Positions 17,562-25,408 of a stretch of DNA of 49,570 nt are shown piece after piece. The DNA lies in the NCBI GenBank assembly GCA_050743365.1, contig JBOGFI010000037.1:1-49570 (forward strand), in the 5' to 3' direction. The DNA is from Acidimicrobiia bacterium (GTDB lineage: Bacteria > Actinomycetota > Acidimicrobiia > IMCC26256 > JACDBD01). Within the stretch, counting starts at the first letter, position 1; each line of letters opens with the position of its first letter. The position numbers were made by a program, and so were the translations under genes. The notes beneath the pieces were generated by a model. It saw nothing but the letters and a program-made list of their open reading frames with translations, was not told the DNA's origin and ran no database searches.

Positions 17562-17684
17562 TAGGAAGGCGTAGGAAGGCCTGCCAGCGCGTTCCTGGCC
17601 GCCAGGATTGCGCGGGAGTGGCGAGCGGCCCGGAGCGCGGCGGCAGGTACCCTGCCGCCGAGCGAGCGCGACCAGGAATGAGGG
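17562..17684 (+). repeat. Interspersed intergenic repeat, long copy A
   Basis: It carries tandem taggaaggcg/taggaaggcc, then ctgccag-N7-ctggc, a perfect 9-bp hairpin ggcggcagg-tac-cctgccgcc (17639..17659), and gcgaccaggaatgaggg. It abuts the merR-like stop codon at 17685. Confidence 0.8.
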
Positions 17685-18050
17685 TCAGTTCCAGACGCCC
17701 GCCGGCAACAGCCCGCCCGGGTCGTCGGGCGCCAGGTAGGCGGCGAACAGCTCGTCGGCCCAGTCGCCGGGCGTCGAGGCCGGCTCGAAGCCGAGCACGT
17801 GGGCGAGCGTGCGGCCCTCGTCCCAGGCCCGCAGCAGATCGGCGACGGCGGCGAGGGAGTAGCCCCGACCCCGGAGCCGGGCGATGGCCCCGAGGCGGCG
17901 AAGGTGCTCCTCGCCGTAGTAACCGGTCCGGCCCCGGAGGCGGGGGGGCGGGAGCAGGCCGGCGGTCTGGTGGGCCCGGATGGTGCGCGTGGTGAGCCCG
18001 GCCCGCCGGGCGAGCTCGTCGACGGTGAGCCCGTACGTTGCCATATCCAT
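17685..18050 (-). CDS. MerR family transcriptional regulator
   Basis: The internal start MDMATYGLTVDELARRAGLTTRTIRAHQTAGLLPPP...YYGEEHLRRLGAIARLRGRGYSLAAV is a MerR HTH. The upstream part of tracked ORF 17685..18383 is a shadow frame. Confidence 0.9.
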   Translation of the reverse strand: MDMATYGLTVDELARRAGLTTRTIRAHQTAGLLPPPRLRGRTGYYGEEHLRRLGAIARLRGRGYSLAAVADLLRAWDEGRTLAHVLGFEPASTPGDWADELFAAYLAPDDPGGLLPAGVWN

Positions 18051-18072
18051 TGTTACATAATATCGTGCAAGT
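18051..18072. promoter_or_regulatory. 22-bp AT-rich divergent control region (merR-like gene / downstream gene)
   Basis: Sequence is tgttacataatatcgtgcaagt. On the minus strand TATTAT lies 6 nt before the merR ATG, which fits a leaderless geometry. On the plus strand TAATAT lies 9 nt before ATG 18073. Confidence 0.4.
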
Positions 18073-18924
18073 ATGTCGTCCCGCGGAGCCGCCCCCGGCG
18101 ACCGGGTGAGCGAGGTCAGCCGCCGCCTGCGGTCACGCTGCGACGCCATCCTGGCCGCGGTCTGGTTCATGCCCGAGGCCCGGACCGGCTTCACCGACCT
18201 CGGCCTCTCGCCGGCCGCGAGCGGGCTCGGGGGCCGGGTCGCCTGCCTGGGCCCGGTACGGGGCGAGGTCGCAGCGGCCGTGGTCGCGCCCATGCACCCG
18301 GCACCTGTCGTGGCCGCGGTCGAGGAGGCCTGGCGGGTGACCGACCCGCCCGCGCTGCTCCAGGCTCGGCTGCACGCCGCCACCGCTCATCTCGGACGCG
18401 TGATCGGCGAGGAGCCGCCCGGCATCGAGCGGGCCGTCGAGCTCTTGCGCCCGGTCGCGACCGCCGGCACCACCGAGGGCCACGCCGTGTACGCGGGGCT
18501 GCGCTCGCTGCCGTGGCCAGGTACTCCGCTCGGCGACCTGTGGCGCGCCTGCGACATGGTGCGCGAGCGGCGCGGCGGCTCGCACCTCAACGCCTGGACC
18601 GCGGCGGGACTCGACCCGGTGGAGCTGCTGCTCCTGACCGAGGGCTGGCGCGCCACGCCGAACCCCGGGTCGGCGGGGCCGGCGGAGATGGGCTGGCCCC
18701 CGGCCGACGCGGCCGCCGGGCTCGAGCGCCTTCGGGCGCGCGGCCTGGTGCACGAGGCCGGCCGGCCCACCGAGGCCGGCCGCCGACTGCGCGACGACGT
18801 CGAGCTCGCCACCGACCGCCAGGAGCGGGCACTGGTCGAGGCGCTCGGCGACGACGTCGACGAGCTCTTCGGCCTCCTCGCCCCTTGGGCTCGGGCGGTC
18901 GTGGCCGGCGCCGGTGCACAATGA
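18073..18924 (+). CDS. Conserved hypothetical protein (actinobacterial, helical; winged-helix-like C-terminus)
   Basis: 283 aa with protein-like composition (AILAAVWFMPEARTGFTDLGL...YAGLRSLPWPGTPLGDLWRACDMVRERRGGSHLNAW...). I cannot name the family. Confidence 0.65.
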   Translation: MSSRGAAPGDRVSEVSRRLRSRCDAILAAVWFMPEARTGFTDLGLSPAASGLGGRVACLGPVRGEVAAAVVAPMHPAPVVAAVEEAWRVTDPPALLQARLHAATAHLGRVIGEEPPGIERAVELLRPVATAGTTEGHAVYAGLRSLPWPGTPLGDLWRACDMVRERRGGSHLNAWTAAGLDPVELLLLTEGWRATPNPGSAGPAEMGWPPADAAAGLERLRARGLVHEAGRPTEAGRRLRDDVELATDRQERALVEALGDDVDELFGLLAPWARAVVAGAGAQ

Positions 18925-18948
18925 CCCCCGGCCGAGAAGGGGGATCGC

Positions 18949-19767
18949 ATGGGCGAGAGCGACCGGGAGCTGGTTGACCGGCTCGAGGAGGTCTGGCGGT
19001 CCGTCGAGCAACTCTGCGCCGGGCTCGACGAGGCGGAGTGGAAGACGGAGACCGAGTGCCCGGGCTGGAGCGTGCAGGACAACATCGCCCACCTCATCGG
19101 CATCGAGTCGACGATCATGGGCCGCGCCGCGCCCGACCACACGCCGCCCGAACTGCCCCACATCAAGAACGACGTCGGCCGGCGGAACGAGGTCTGGGTC
19201 GACTCCCGCCGCGACCGCTCGGGCGCCGAGGTGCTCGCGGAGTTCCGCGGGATCATTGATCAGCGACTGACCACGCTGCGGCGGATGACCGATGCGGACT
19301 TCGGCGCCGAGTCGTGGACGCCCGCCGGCCCCGGCACGGTCCGCGACTTGCTGCCGTTCCGAATCTTCGACTCATGGGCGCACGAGCAGGACATCCGCCG
19401 GGCGCTCGACCGCCCCGGGAACCTCGACACCCCCGTGGGCGGCCTGTCGCTCGATCGCGTTGCAGGTGCCATGCCGTTCGTGGTCGGGAAGAAGGTGAAG
19501 CCGCCCGACGGCACAACCGTCGTTTTCGACGTCACCGGGCCCGCCGGCCGCGTCGTGTCTGTCGGGATGGACGGCGGTCGGGGGAAGGCCCTCGACGAGG
19601 CACCCACCGACCCCTCGGTGCGCCTGACGATGGACACCGACACCTTCGTCCGCCTCGGTATGGGCCGCGGCGACCCCGCCGAGATCCTCGCGAGCGGTGC
19701 CGTGCAACTCGACGGCGACGAGCCTCTCGGCCGGAAGATCGTCGAGGAGATGAACTTCCTGTTCTGA
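18949..19767 (+). CDS. Maleylpyruvate isomerase family mycothiol-dependent enzyme (DinB N-domain plus SCP2-like C-domain)
   Basis: LCAGLDEAEWKTETECPGWSVQDNIAHLIGIES...RIFDSWAHEQDIRRALDRPG...GDEPLGRKIVEEMNF. Confidence 0.85.
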   Translation: MGESDRELVDRLEEVWRSVEQLCAGLDEAEWKTETECPGWSVQDNIAHLIGIESTIMGRAAPDHTPPELPHIKNDVGRRNEVWVDSRRDRSGAEVLAEFRGIIDQRLTTLRRMTDADFGAESWTPAGPGTVRDLLPFRIFDSWAHEQDIRRALDRPGNLDTPVGGLSLDRVAGAMPFVVGKKVKPPDGTTVVFDVTGPAGRVVSVGMDGGRGKALDEAPTDPSVRLTMDTDTFVRLGMGRGDPAEILASGAVQLDGDEPLGRKIVEEMNFLF

Positions 19768-19778
19768 CCCGACCGCGC

Positions 19779-20819
19779 TCAGAGCGTGAGCTCGGCCATG
19801 ACCTGGAGCGCCTCGGGCTGCTGCGCACCGAGGATCATCGTGGTGATGCCGCTCTCCCGCCACGCGTCGAGCCGCTCGGCAATGCGCTCCTTCGGGCCGA
19901 TCAGCGAGATCTCGTCGACGAGCTCGTCGGGCACGGCGCCCGTCGCCTCGCGTTTCTTGCCGTCGAGGTAGAGGTCCTGGATCTCCCGGGCCGCGGCCTC
20001 GAACCCGTAGCGGCAGGCGAGGGCGTTGTAGAAGTTGCGACCCCGAGCGCCCATGCCGCCGACGTACAGCGCCACCATCGGCTTGACGAAGCCCCGCAGA
20101 GTCTCGACGTCGTCGCCGACGATCACGGTCACGGTCGGCGCCACGTCGAAGCTGTCGAGGCTCTTGCCCCCGCCGGCCTTGGCGAAACCGGCGTCGAGCG
20201 TGGCGCCGTAGGTGTCCTTCAACCGGTAGGGCGAGAAGAAGATCGGCAGCCACCCGTCGGCGATCTCGGCCGCCAGCTCGACGTTCTTGGGCCCGATGGC
20301 GGCGAGGTAGACGGGGACGTCGGACCGCTTCGGGTGCACGATGATCTTGAGTGGCTTGCCCAGCCCGGTGGCGCCCTCGCCGCGGTAGGGGATGTCGTAG
20401 TGCGGCCCGTGGTGCTCGAGCGGCTCCTCGCGCCGGAGGATCGCGCGGACGATCTCGACGTACTCACGCGTCTTCGCCAGCGGCTTGCCGTACGCCTGGC
20501 CGTGCCAGCCCTCCACGACCTGGGGGCCCGACAGGCCCAGGCCGAGCAGGAAGCGCCCGCCGCTCATGAGGTCGAGCGTGGCCGCGGTCATGGCGGTCAT
20601 CGCCGGGCTGCGCGCCGGCATCTGCATGATCGCCGAGCCCACGTTGAGCCGCTCGGTGTGGGCGGCGAGCCAGGTCAGCGGCGTGATGCAGTCGGTGCCG
20701 TAGGCCTCCGCCGTCCACGCCGAGTGGAACCCGAGTCGGTCGGCCTCCTGTGCGAGGTCGACCGCGCCGGCGAGGCCTGAGCCCCAGTCCTGGTAGCCGA
20801 AGTTGATCCCGAGGCGCAT
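19779..20819 (-). CDS. LLM-class F420-dependent oxidoreductase
   Basis: Start is at [12 protein letters not shown]. Also present: [37 protein letters not shown] and YLAAIGPKN. Confidence 0.9.
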   Translation of the reverse strand: MRLGINFGYQDWGSGLAGAVDLAQEADRLGFHSAWTAEAYGTDCITPLTWLAAHTERLNVGSAIMQMPARSPAMTAMTAATLDLMSGGRFLLGLGLSGPQVVEGWHGQAYGKPLAKTREYVEIVRAILRREEPLEHHGPHYDIPYRGEGATGLGKPLKIIVHPKRSDVPVYLAAIGPKNVELAAEIADGWLPIFFSPYRLKDTYGATLDAGFAKAGGGKSLDSFDVAPTVTVIVGDDVETLRGFVKPMVALYVGGMGARGRNFYNALACRYGFEAAAREIQDLYLDGKKREATGAVPDELVDEISLIGPKERIAERLDAWRESGITTMILGAQQPEALQVMAELTL

Positions 20820-20868
20820 GGGCGGAATCGTCGCGCACACTCGACCGGACGGTCGAGAGGACGAGGGA

Positions 20869-21441
20869 TCAGCCGGCTCGTCCCGGGTCCCCCACGAGCC
20901 GGAGCCCCGCTCGGCTCAGCGAGAACATCACCATCGTCTCGCTGCGCCCGGCGCAGCGCTCCGGTGCGGGCACCTCTCCCTCGCGCCGGAACCGGGCCTT
21001 CTCGGCCACGCGCTGCGAGGCGCGGTTGCGCACGTCGGCCTGGAGCTCGAGTCGGGCGAAGCCGAGATCGCACAGCACCCACGGCGCCAAGAGCCGCACG
21101 CCGCGCGCGGCGGTGCCCCGGCCGCGCGCTCCCCGCTTCACCCAGTAGCCCACCTCGGCCACGCCGGCGTCGCGATCGAGGCGCACCAGCCCGATCGAAC
21201 CGAGCAGCTCACCGGTGGCGGTGTCGACGATCACGAAGACGGCGCCCGCACCGCCCCTCCACGCGCGCGCCGACTCCTCGACGTGCCGGACGGCATGGGC
21301 GCGCTTGTACGGCCACGGGACCGTCGTGAAACGGGAGATCTCACGGTCCTGGCACGCCTCGAAGATGGCGTCGACGTCGCCGGGAGCCGGCGGTCGGAGT
21401 GCCACGACCCCGTCGTCGAGCTCGGGAGCCTCGAGCCGCAT
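20869..21441 (-). CDS. GNAT family N-acetyltransferase (RimJ/RimL-like)
   Basis: [16 protein letters not shown]...[36 protein letters not shown]...[27 protein letters not shown]. Confidence 0.9.
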   Translation of the reverse strand: MRLEAPELDDGVVALRPPAPGDVDAIFEACQDREISRFTTVPWPYKRAHAVRHVEESARAWRGGAGAVFVIVDTATGELLGSIGLVRLDRDAGVAEVGYWVKRGARGRGTAARGVRLLAPWVLCDLGFARLELQADVRNRASQRVAEKARFRREGEVPAPERCAGRSETMVMFSLSRAGLRLVGDPGRAG

Positions 21442-21502
21442 GGGGCCCAGGGTCGCACGCGCGCCGTGGGAGAGGCGCGCGATTTCCCCTTAGGCTGACG
21501 GC

Positions 21503-22501
21503 ATGAGCCTGATCACGAACGTCGTGCACGGCGGCGAGCCCGAGCGGGTCTTCCTGCTCGCCCACGGCCTCGGCGCCGACGAGCGCGACCTGAGTGGACT
21601 GCTGCCCTACCTCGACCCTGACGGGCGTTTCGTCACCGTGCTCCCGCGCGGGCCGGTCGCGGCCCCTCCCGGGTTCGCCTGGTACCAGTGGGGCGAGTCG
21701 GGCGCGTTCGACGCCGAGGGCTTCCGGTCGAGCCTCGACGAGCTCGACGACCTGCTCGACGAGGCCTGCACCGAGCACGGGCTCGGGCGCGACGAGGCGG
21801 TGGTGGGCGGCTTCTCCCAGGGCGCGGGGATGACGCTCGCGCTCGCCCTTCGTCGCAGCGAGCGGCTCCACCCGGCGGCGGTGCTCGCGATGAGCCCCGC
21901 CGCCCCGGCGCTCGACGCCCTCGACCCCGACTGGGAGGCGGCCAAGGCCATGTCCGTGCTCGTGCAGCACGGCACCGAGGACCCGCTGGTGCCCGTGCAG
22001 CGCAGCCGCGACCTCGCCCGCACCCTCGAGTCGCACGGCGTGCCCGTGACCTATACCGAGTACCCGATGGCCCACCAGGTCGCGCTCGAGAGCGTGCAGC
22101 AGGGCCGGGACTGGCTCGACGCGGTGCGGGCCGGCGAGCAGCCGTCGGAGGTCGTCCCCGAGGACCCGCCCGAGGGCCCGGTCAAGGCGGTGACCACCGC
22201 CACGTTCGACCACGAGGTGCTGGCGGGCGAGCTCCCCGTGATCGTCGACTTCTGGGCGCCGTGGTGTGCCCCGTGCCGCCAGGTGAGCCCGATCGTCGAG
22301 CAGATCGCGATGATGCGCGAGGGGGCCTACAAGGTCGTGAAGGTCAACATCGACGACGAGCCCGCGATCGCCCAGCGCTACGAGGTGCAGAGCATCCCGA
22401 TGATCGGCCTGTTCCGCAACGGCCGCCTCGAGCGCTCCTCCCTGGGCGCCAAGCCGCGCCAGCAGATCGAGGCCGAGCTCGGCATGCTCGTGATCCCGTA
22501 G
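21503..22501 (+). CDS. Fusion protein: phospholipase/carboxylesterase-type alpha/beta hydrolase plus thioredoxin
   Basis: The N-domain has the GFSQGAG nucleophile elbow, HGTEDPLVP and YPMAHQV. The C-domain is FDHEVLAGELPVIVDFWAPWCAPCRQVSPIVEQIA...VKVNIDDEPAIAQRYEVQSIPMIGLF, a thioredoxin with a WCAPC active site. Confidence 0.85.
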   Translation: MSLITNVVHGGEPERVFLLAHGLGADERDLSGLLPYLDPDGRFVTVLPRGPVAAPPGFAWYQWGESGAFDAEGFRSSLDELDDLLDEACTEHGLGRDEAVVGGFSQGAGMTLALALRRSERLHPAAVLAMSPAAPALDALDPDWEAAKAMSVLVQHGTEDPLVPVQRSRDLARTLESHGVPVTYTEYPMAHQVALESVQQGRDWLDAVRAGEQPSEVVPEDPPEGPVKAVTTATFDHEVLAGELPVIVDFWAPWCAPCRQVSPIVEQIAMMREGAYKVVKVNIDDEPAIAQRYEVQSIPMIGLFRNGRLERSSLGAKPRQQIEAELGMLVIP

Positions 22502-22507
22502 CGCTCG

Positions 22508-23572
22508 TCAGCAGACTCGGATCGTCGTCGGCTCGCCGCGTGTGACGCGGCCGACGATCGCCGCAGCCGGGGTGTTGCGCGAGCGGAGCTCGTCGACCAG
22601 ATCGCCCGAGCGGCCGGGCGCCACCGCGAGGAGCAGGCCGCCCGAGGTCTGGGCGTCGGCGAGGAGCAGCTGCTGGGACTCGGGCAGCCCGCCCCAATCC
22701 ACGGTGTCGCTGACGAAGGCATGGTTGCGTTGCGTGCCACCCGCGACCATGTCCGCCGCGAGCAGCTCACGGACGCCGTCGATCACGGGCACTGACGCCG
22801 CGTCGACCTCGGCCGAGACCCCCGACGCCACGAGCATCTCCCGGAGATGCCCGAGCAGGCCGAAACCGGTGACGTCGGTTCCGGCGTGGACCGCGCCACC
22901 GAGCGCGGCGGCGGCATCGCGCGCGCCCGCGTTGAGGGTCGTCATCACGTGGACGGCGTCGTCGAGCACACCCGCGGGCGCGGCGTCGCGCTTCAGCGCG
23001 GTCGAGATCACGCCCAGGCCGATGGGCTTGGTGAGCACGAGCGCGTCGCCCGGAAGGGCGGCGGCGTTGGTGAGCACGCGGGCGGGGTCGACCGTTCCCA
23101 CGACGGCGAGGCCGAACTTGGGCTCGGCGTCGTCGATGGAGTGCCCCCCCGCCACGACCGCGCCGGCGGCGCGCACGACGTCGGCGCCGCCGTCGAGCAC
23201 CCGCGCGAGCAGCTCGAACGGCAGTCCCTCGCGGGGCCAGGCCACCAGGTTGAGGGCGAGCAGCGGCGTCCCGCCCATCGCGTACACGTCGGACAGGGCG
23301 TTGGCGGCGGCGATGCGCCCCCAGTCGTAGGGGTCGTCGACGATCGGGGTGAAGAAGTCGGTCGTCACCACGACGGCCAGGTCGGCGCGCAGCCGGTACA
23401 CCGCGGCGTCGTCGGACGTGTCCAGCCCCACCAGCAGGTCGGGGTCGGCCGGCGGATCGAGCCCGCGCACGAGCCCGAGCACCGTGCGCAGGTCGGCGGG
23501 ACCGAGCTTGCAGGCGCAGCCGGCGCCGTGCGAGAAGCGGGTGAGGCGGACGGGCTCGGCCGCGGTCGTCAC
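22508..23572 (-). CDS. selD: Selenide, water dikinase (Cys form)
   Basis: LTRFSHGAGCACKLGP (Cys/Lys active-site loop), DDAAVY, TTDFFTPIVDDPYDWGRIAAANALSDVYAMGG, GGHSIDD. The GTG at 23572 was chosen; 23587 is an alternative. Upstream tracked codons are a shadow frame. Confidence 0.9.
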   Translation of the reverse strand: MTTAAEPVRLTRFSHGAGCACKLGPADLRTVLGLVRGLDPPADPDLLVGLDTSDDAAVYRLRADLAVVVTTDFFTPIVDDPYDWGRIAAANALSDVYAMGGTPLLALNLVAWPREGLPFELLARVLDGGADVVRAAGAVVAGGHSIDDAEPKFGLAVVGTVDPARVLTNAAALPGDALVLTKPIGLGVISTALKRDAAPAGVLDDAVHVMTTLNAGARDAAAALGGAVHAGTDVTGFGLLGHLREMLVASGVSAEVDAASVPVIDGVRELLAADMVAGGTQRNHAFVSDTVDWGGLPESQQLLLADAQTSGGLLLAVAPGRSGDLVDELRSRNTPAAAIVGRVTRGEPTTIRVC

Positions 23573-23592
23573 GAGACCGCAGCGTACGACGC

Positions 23593-24663
23593 TTAGCCGC
23601 TGACGCGCACCGCCGCGCGCACGGAACCGCTGCCGGCGACGAACTTGATGAAGTCGCCGGTGTGGGTGGCGTGGATGTACCCGCCCCCGACCCAGATGCC
23701 GATGTGCGCTGGCCAGCTGCTCGTCGTGATGAGGTCGCCGGGGGCGAGCTGGTCGATCGAGATCGCCTGGCCCTGCCCCGCCTGCGCGCCCGAGTAGTGC
23801 GGCAGCGACACACCCCCGGCGCGCCACGCCATCATCGTGAGGCCCGAGCAGTCGTAGCAGCCCGGCCCGGCACCCGCGTAGCAGTACGGCTTGCCGACCT
23901 GGGCCCACGCGTACCCGACCGCCGCGCCCGCGCCACCGTGCCCGAGCGGCGGTGGGCCCGACGGTCCGCCGCCGCCGCGGCTTCGGCCAGCACTACCAGA
24001 GGATCGCGGCGGCGCCGCGGCTGCGGCCCGGGCGGCGGCGTCGCGCCGCGTTTGCTCCTCGCCCACGTACTGCTCGATCTCGCCGTTGACCTGGTCGAGG
24101 AGACCCTGCTGCTCGGCGGCGGCGGCGTCGGCCTCGGCCTTGGCGCCAGCGAGGTCGTCGCGCTCCTTCCCGGCCTCTTCGCGCGTCCTCTCGGCGTCCG
24201 ACTTCTGCTGCGCGAGGTCTTCCTTCGCCTGCGAGAGCTGGTCGACGAGGGCCTCGTCCCCGGCGGCGGCGGCGTCGGTGTACTTCTCACGGCTCCCCGA
24301 CTCCGTGGCGTCCTCGGCGTTGATCGACTCGAGCGGACCGCTCGTGCCGGAGATGCGGTAGATGGTGGCGGCCCGATCGGCGATCAGCATGGTGAGCTCG
24401 CCGATCCGCGCCTGCGCGCCGTCGATCCGTCGCTGGGAGTCGGCGATCTTCTCCTCGGCCTCGTCGACGCGGATCTGCGCCGCGTTCAGCTGCTCCCCCA
24501 GCGCGGCGACCTTGGCGCCGTGCTCGTCGATCTCGTCCTGGAGGCGCGCCGCCTCGGCGCGCTTGTCGTCGATGGGCGCGCCGGGAGCGGCGGTCGGGAG
24601 GAGCAGCGGCGCGGTGGCGCCGACGAAGAGGAGGGCTACCAGCCGGGCAGGCCGGAGGTTCAC
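23593..24663 (-). CDS. Secreted NlpC/P60 peptidoglycan hydrolase with N-terminal coiled coil (RipA-like)
   Basis: Signal peptide MNLRPARLVALLFVGATAPLLL, then a long E/A/Q-rich coiled coil. The C-terminal domain is GKPYCYAGAGPGCYDCSGLTMMAW...HIGIWVGGGYIHATH. GTG start with GGGAG 7 nt upstream. Confidence 0.9.
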   Translation of the reverse strand: MNLRPARLVALLFVGATAPLLLPTAAPGAPIDDKRAEAARLQDEIDEHGAKVAALGEQLNAAQIRVDEAEEKIADSQRRIDGAQARIGELTMLIADRAATIYRISGTSGPLESINAEDATESGSREKYTDAAAAGDEALVDQLSQAKEDLAQQKSDAERTREEAGKERDDLAGAKAEADAAAAEQQGLLDQVNGEIEQYVGEEQTRRDAAARAAAAAPPRSSGSAGRSRGGGGPSGPPPLGHGGAGAAVGYAWAQVGKPYCYAGAGPGCYDCSGLTMMAWRAGGVSLPHYSGAQAGQGQAISIDQLAPGDLITTSSWPAHIGIWVGGGYIHATHTGDFIKFVAGSGSVRAAVRVSG

Positions 24664-24732
24664 GTAGGGACTCCCTTTGGCAGGTGCCGCCGTCGGTCCT
24701 TGCTGAACACGGTCTGGCTTTTGGCGGACTAT

Positions 24733-24771
24733 AAAAAGACGCCCGTACGCACCCAGAGGGGACGTGCGGGC
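24733..24771 (-). terminator. Intrinsic terminator-like hairpin plus U5 inside the NlpC/P60 leader
   Basis: Minus-strand RNA is GCCCGCACGUCCCC-UCU-GGGUGCGUACGGGC. It has 12 pairs (11 WC and 1 GU), two 1x1 mismatches and a 3-nt loop, followed by GUCUUUUUAU. It lies 121 nt after the upstream stop and 70 nt before the NlpC/P60 GTG. Confidence 0.65.
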
Positions 24772-24875
24772 TTCTACTGAACCCGAGGGGGGACTTGCGG
24801 GCTTCGGCTAAAGGTTAGACGCCGCCCCCCAGCGGCGCCAGCATTGCCGACCGCTGTCTACCCCGATCAGCCGTC
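24733..24875 (-). promoter_or_regulatory. Candidate structured cis-regulatory leader RNA (four hairpins: two G-loops, two C-loops) upstream of the NlpC/P60 gene
   Basis: Hand-folded hairpins lie at 24849..24875 (loop AUCGGGGUAGA), 24818..24839 (8 bp, loop UGGGGG), 24779..24805 (loop CAAGUCCCCCCU) and 24741..24771 (terminator). The 17-nt direct repeat GAAGCCCGCA[A/C]GUCCCC lies at 24789..24805 and 24758..24774. Confidence 0.55.
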
Positions 24876-24891
24876 CCCCAAACCGGATATA

Positions 24892-25371
24892 TCAGGCGGC
24901 CCAGCCAGGGGTGGGGGCCGGATCGTAGGGCCCGGCGACCTCGGGGACCGTCCACGCCAGCGCCTTGCCGACCTCTCGGGCGACCCGCTGCCATTCGCGT
25001 GGGTCCCAGCCCTCGGCGGCGGCGACGACGGTGGTGTCCTGGCGCAGGTGCACGAACGCAGGCAGGCGCTCCAGCCCGAGGCTGTGCACGAAGGCGCGGT
25101 CGGGGTCGACGAACACGACCGCCTCCCGCTCCGCGTCGGCGAGGATGCGACGGGCGACGCTCACGTTGCCGGTCACGCAATACGCCGCGTGGCAGTCGGC
25201 GTCGGCGAACGTACGAAAGATTCGACGCGCGACCGGCACCCACGCGCTCGCCTCCGGCCGATCGGGGAGGACCACCAGGCAGAGGTGGAACATCGTCGAC
25301 CAGTCGTCGAGCGTGCGCGTCACGCCCTTGATGCTGGTGAGCTCGAGCGTCGGATCCGGGTCCTTGGCCAC
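24892..25371 (-). CDS. Hypothetical protein (possibly thioredoxin-fold, no CxxC)
   Basis: 159 aa with protein-like composition: LELTSIKGVTRTLDDWSTMFHLCLVVLPDRPEASAWVPVARRIFRTF...LPAFVHLRQDTTVVAAAEGWDPREW. The family is not recognised with confidence. Confidence 0.6.
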   Translation of the reverse strand: MAKDPDPTLELTSIKGVTRTLDDWSTMFHLCLVVLPDRPEASAWVPVARRIFRTFADADCHAAYCVTGNVSVARRILADAEREAVVFVDPDRAFVHSLGLERLPAFVHLRQDTTVVAAAEGWDPREWQRVAREVGKALAWTVPEVAGPYDPAPTPGWAA

Positions 25372-25408
25372 GGCCCGAGAAACGTAGCGCGGCGGTAGGC
25401 TCCGTCAG

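Noticed and set aside
24664-24891. Calling the NlpC/P60 leader a c-di-AMP (ydaO) riboswitch
   Set aside because: Short pieces resemble ydaO blocks (UGGGGGAC, CGGGGUAGA, CUAACCU, CCGAAGCCCG). They occur in the wrong order relative to the consensus as I remember it, and the pseudo-twofold core cannot be drawn by hand. I left it as an unclassified candidate pending a covariance-model search.
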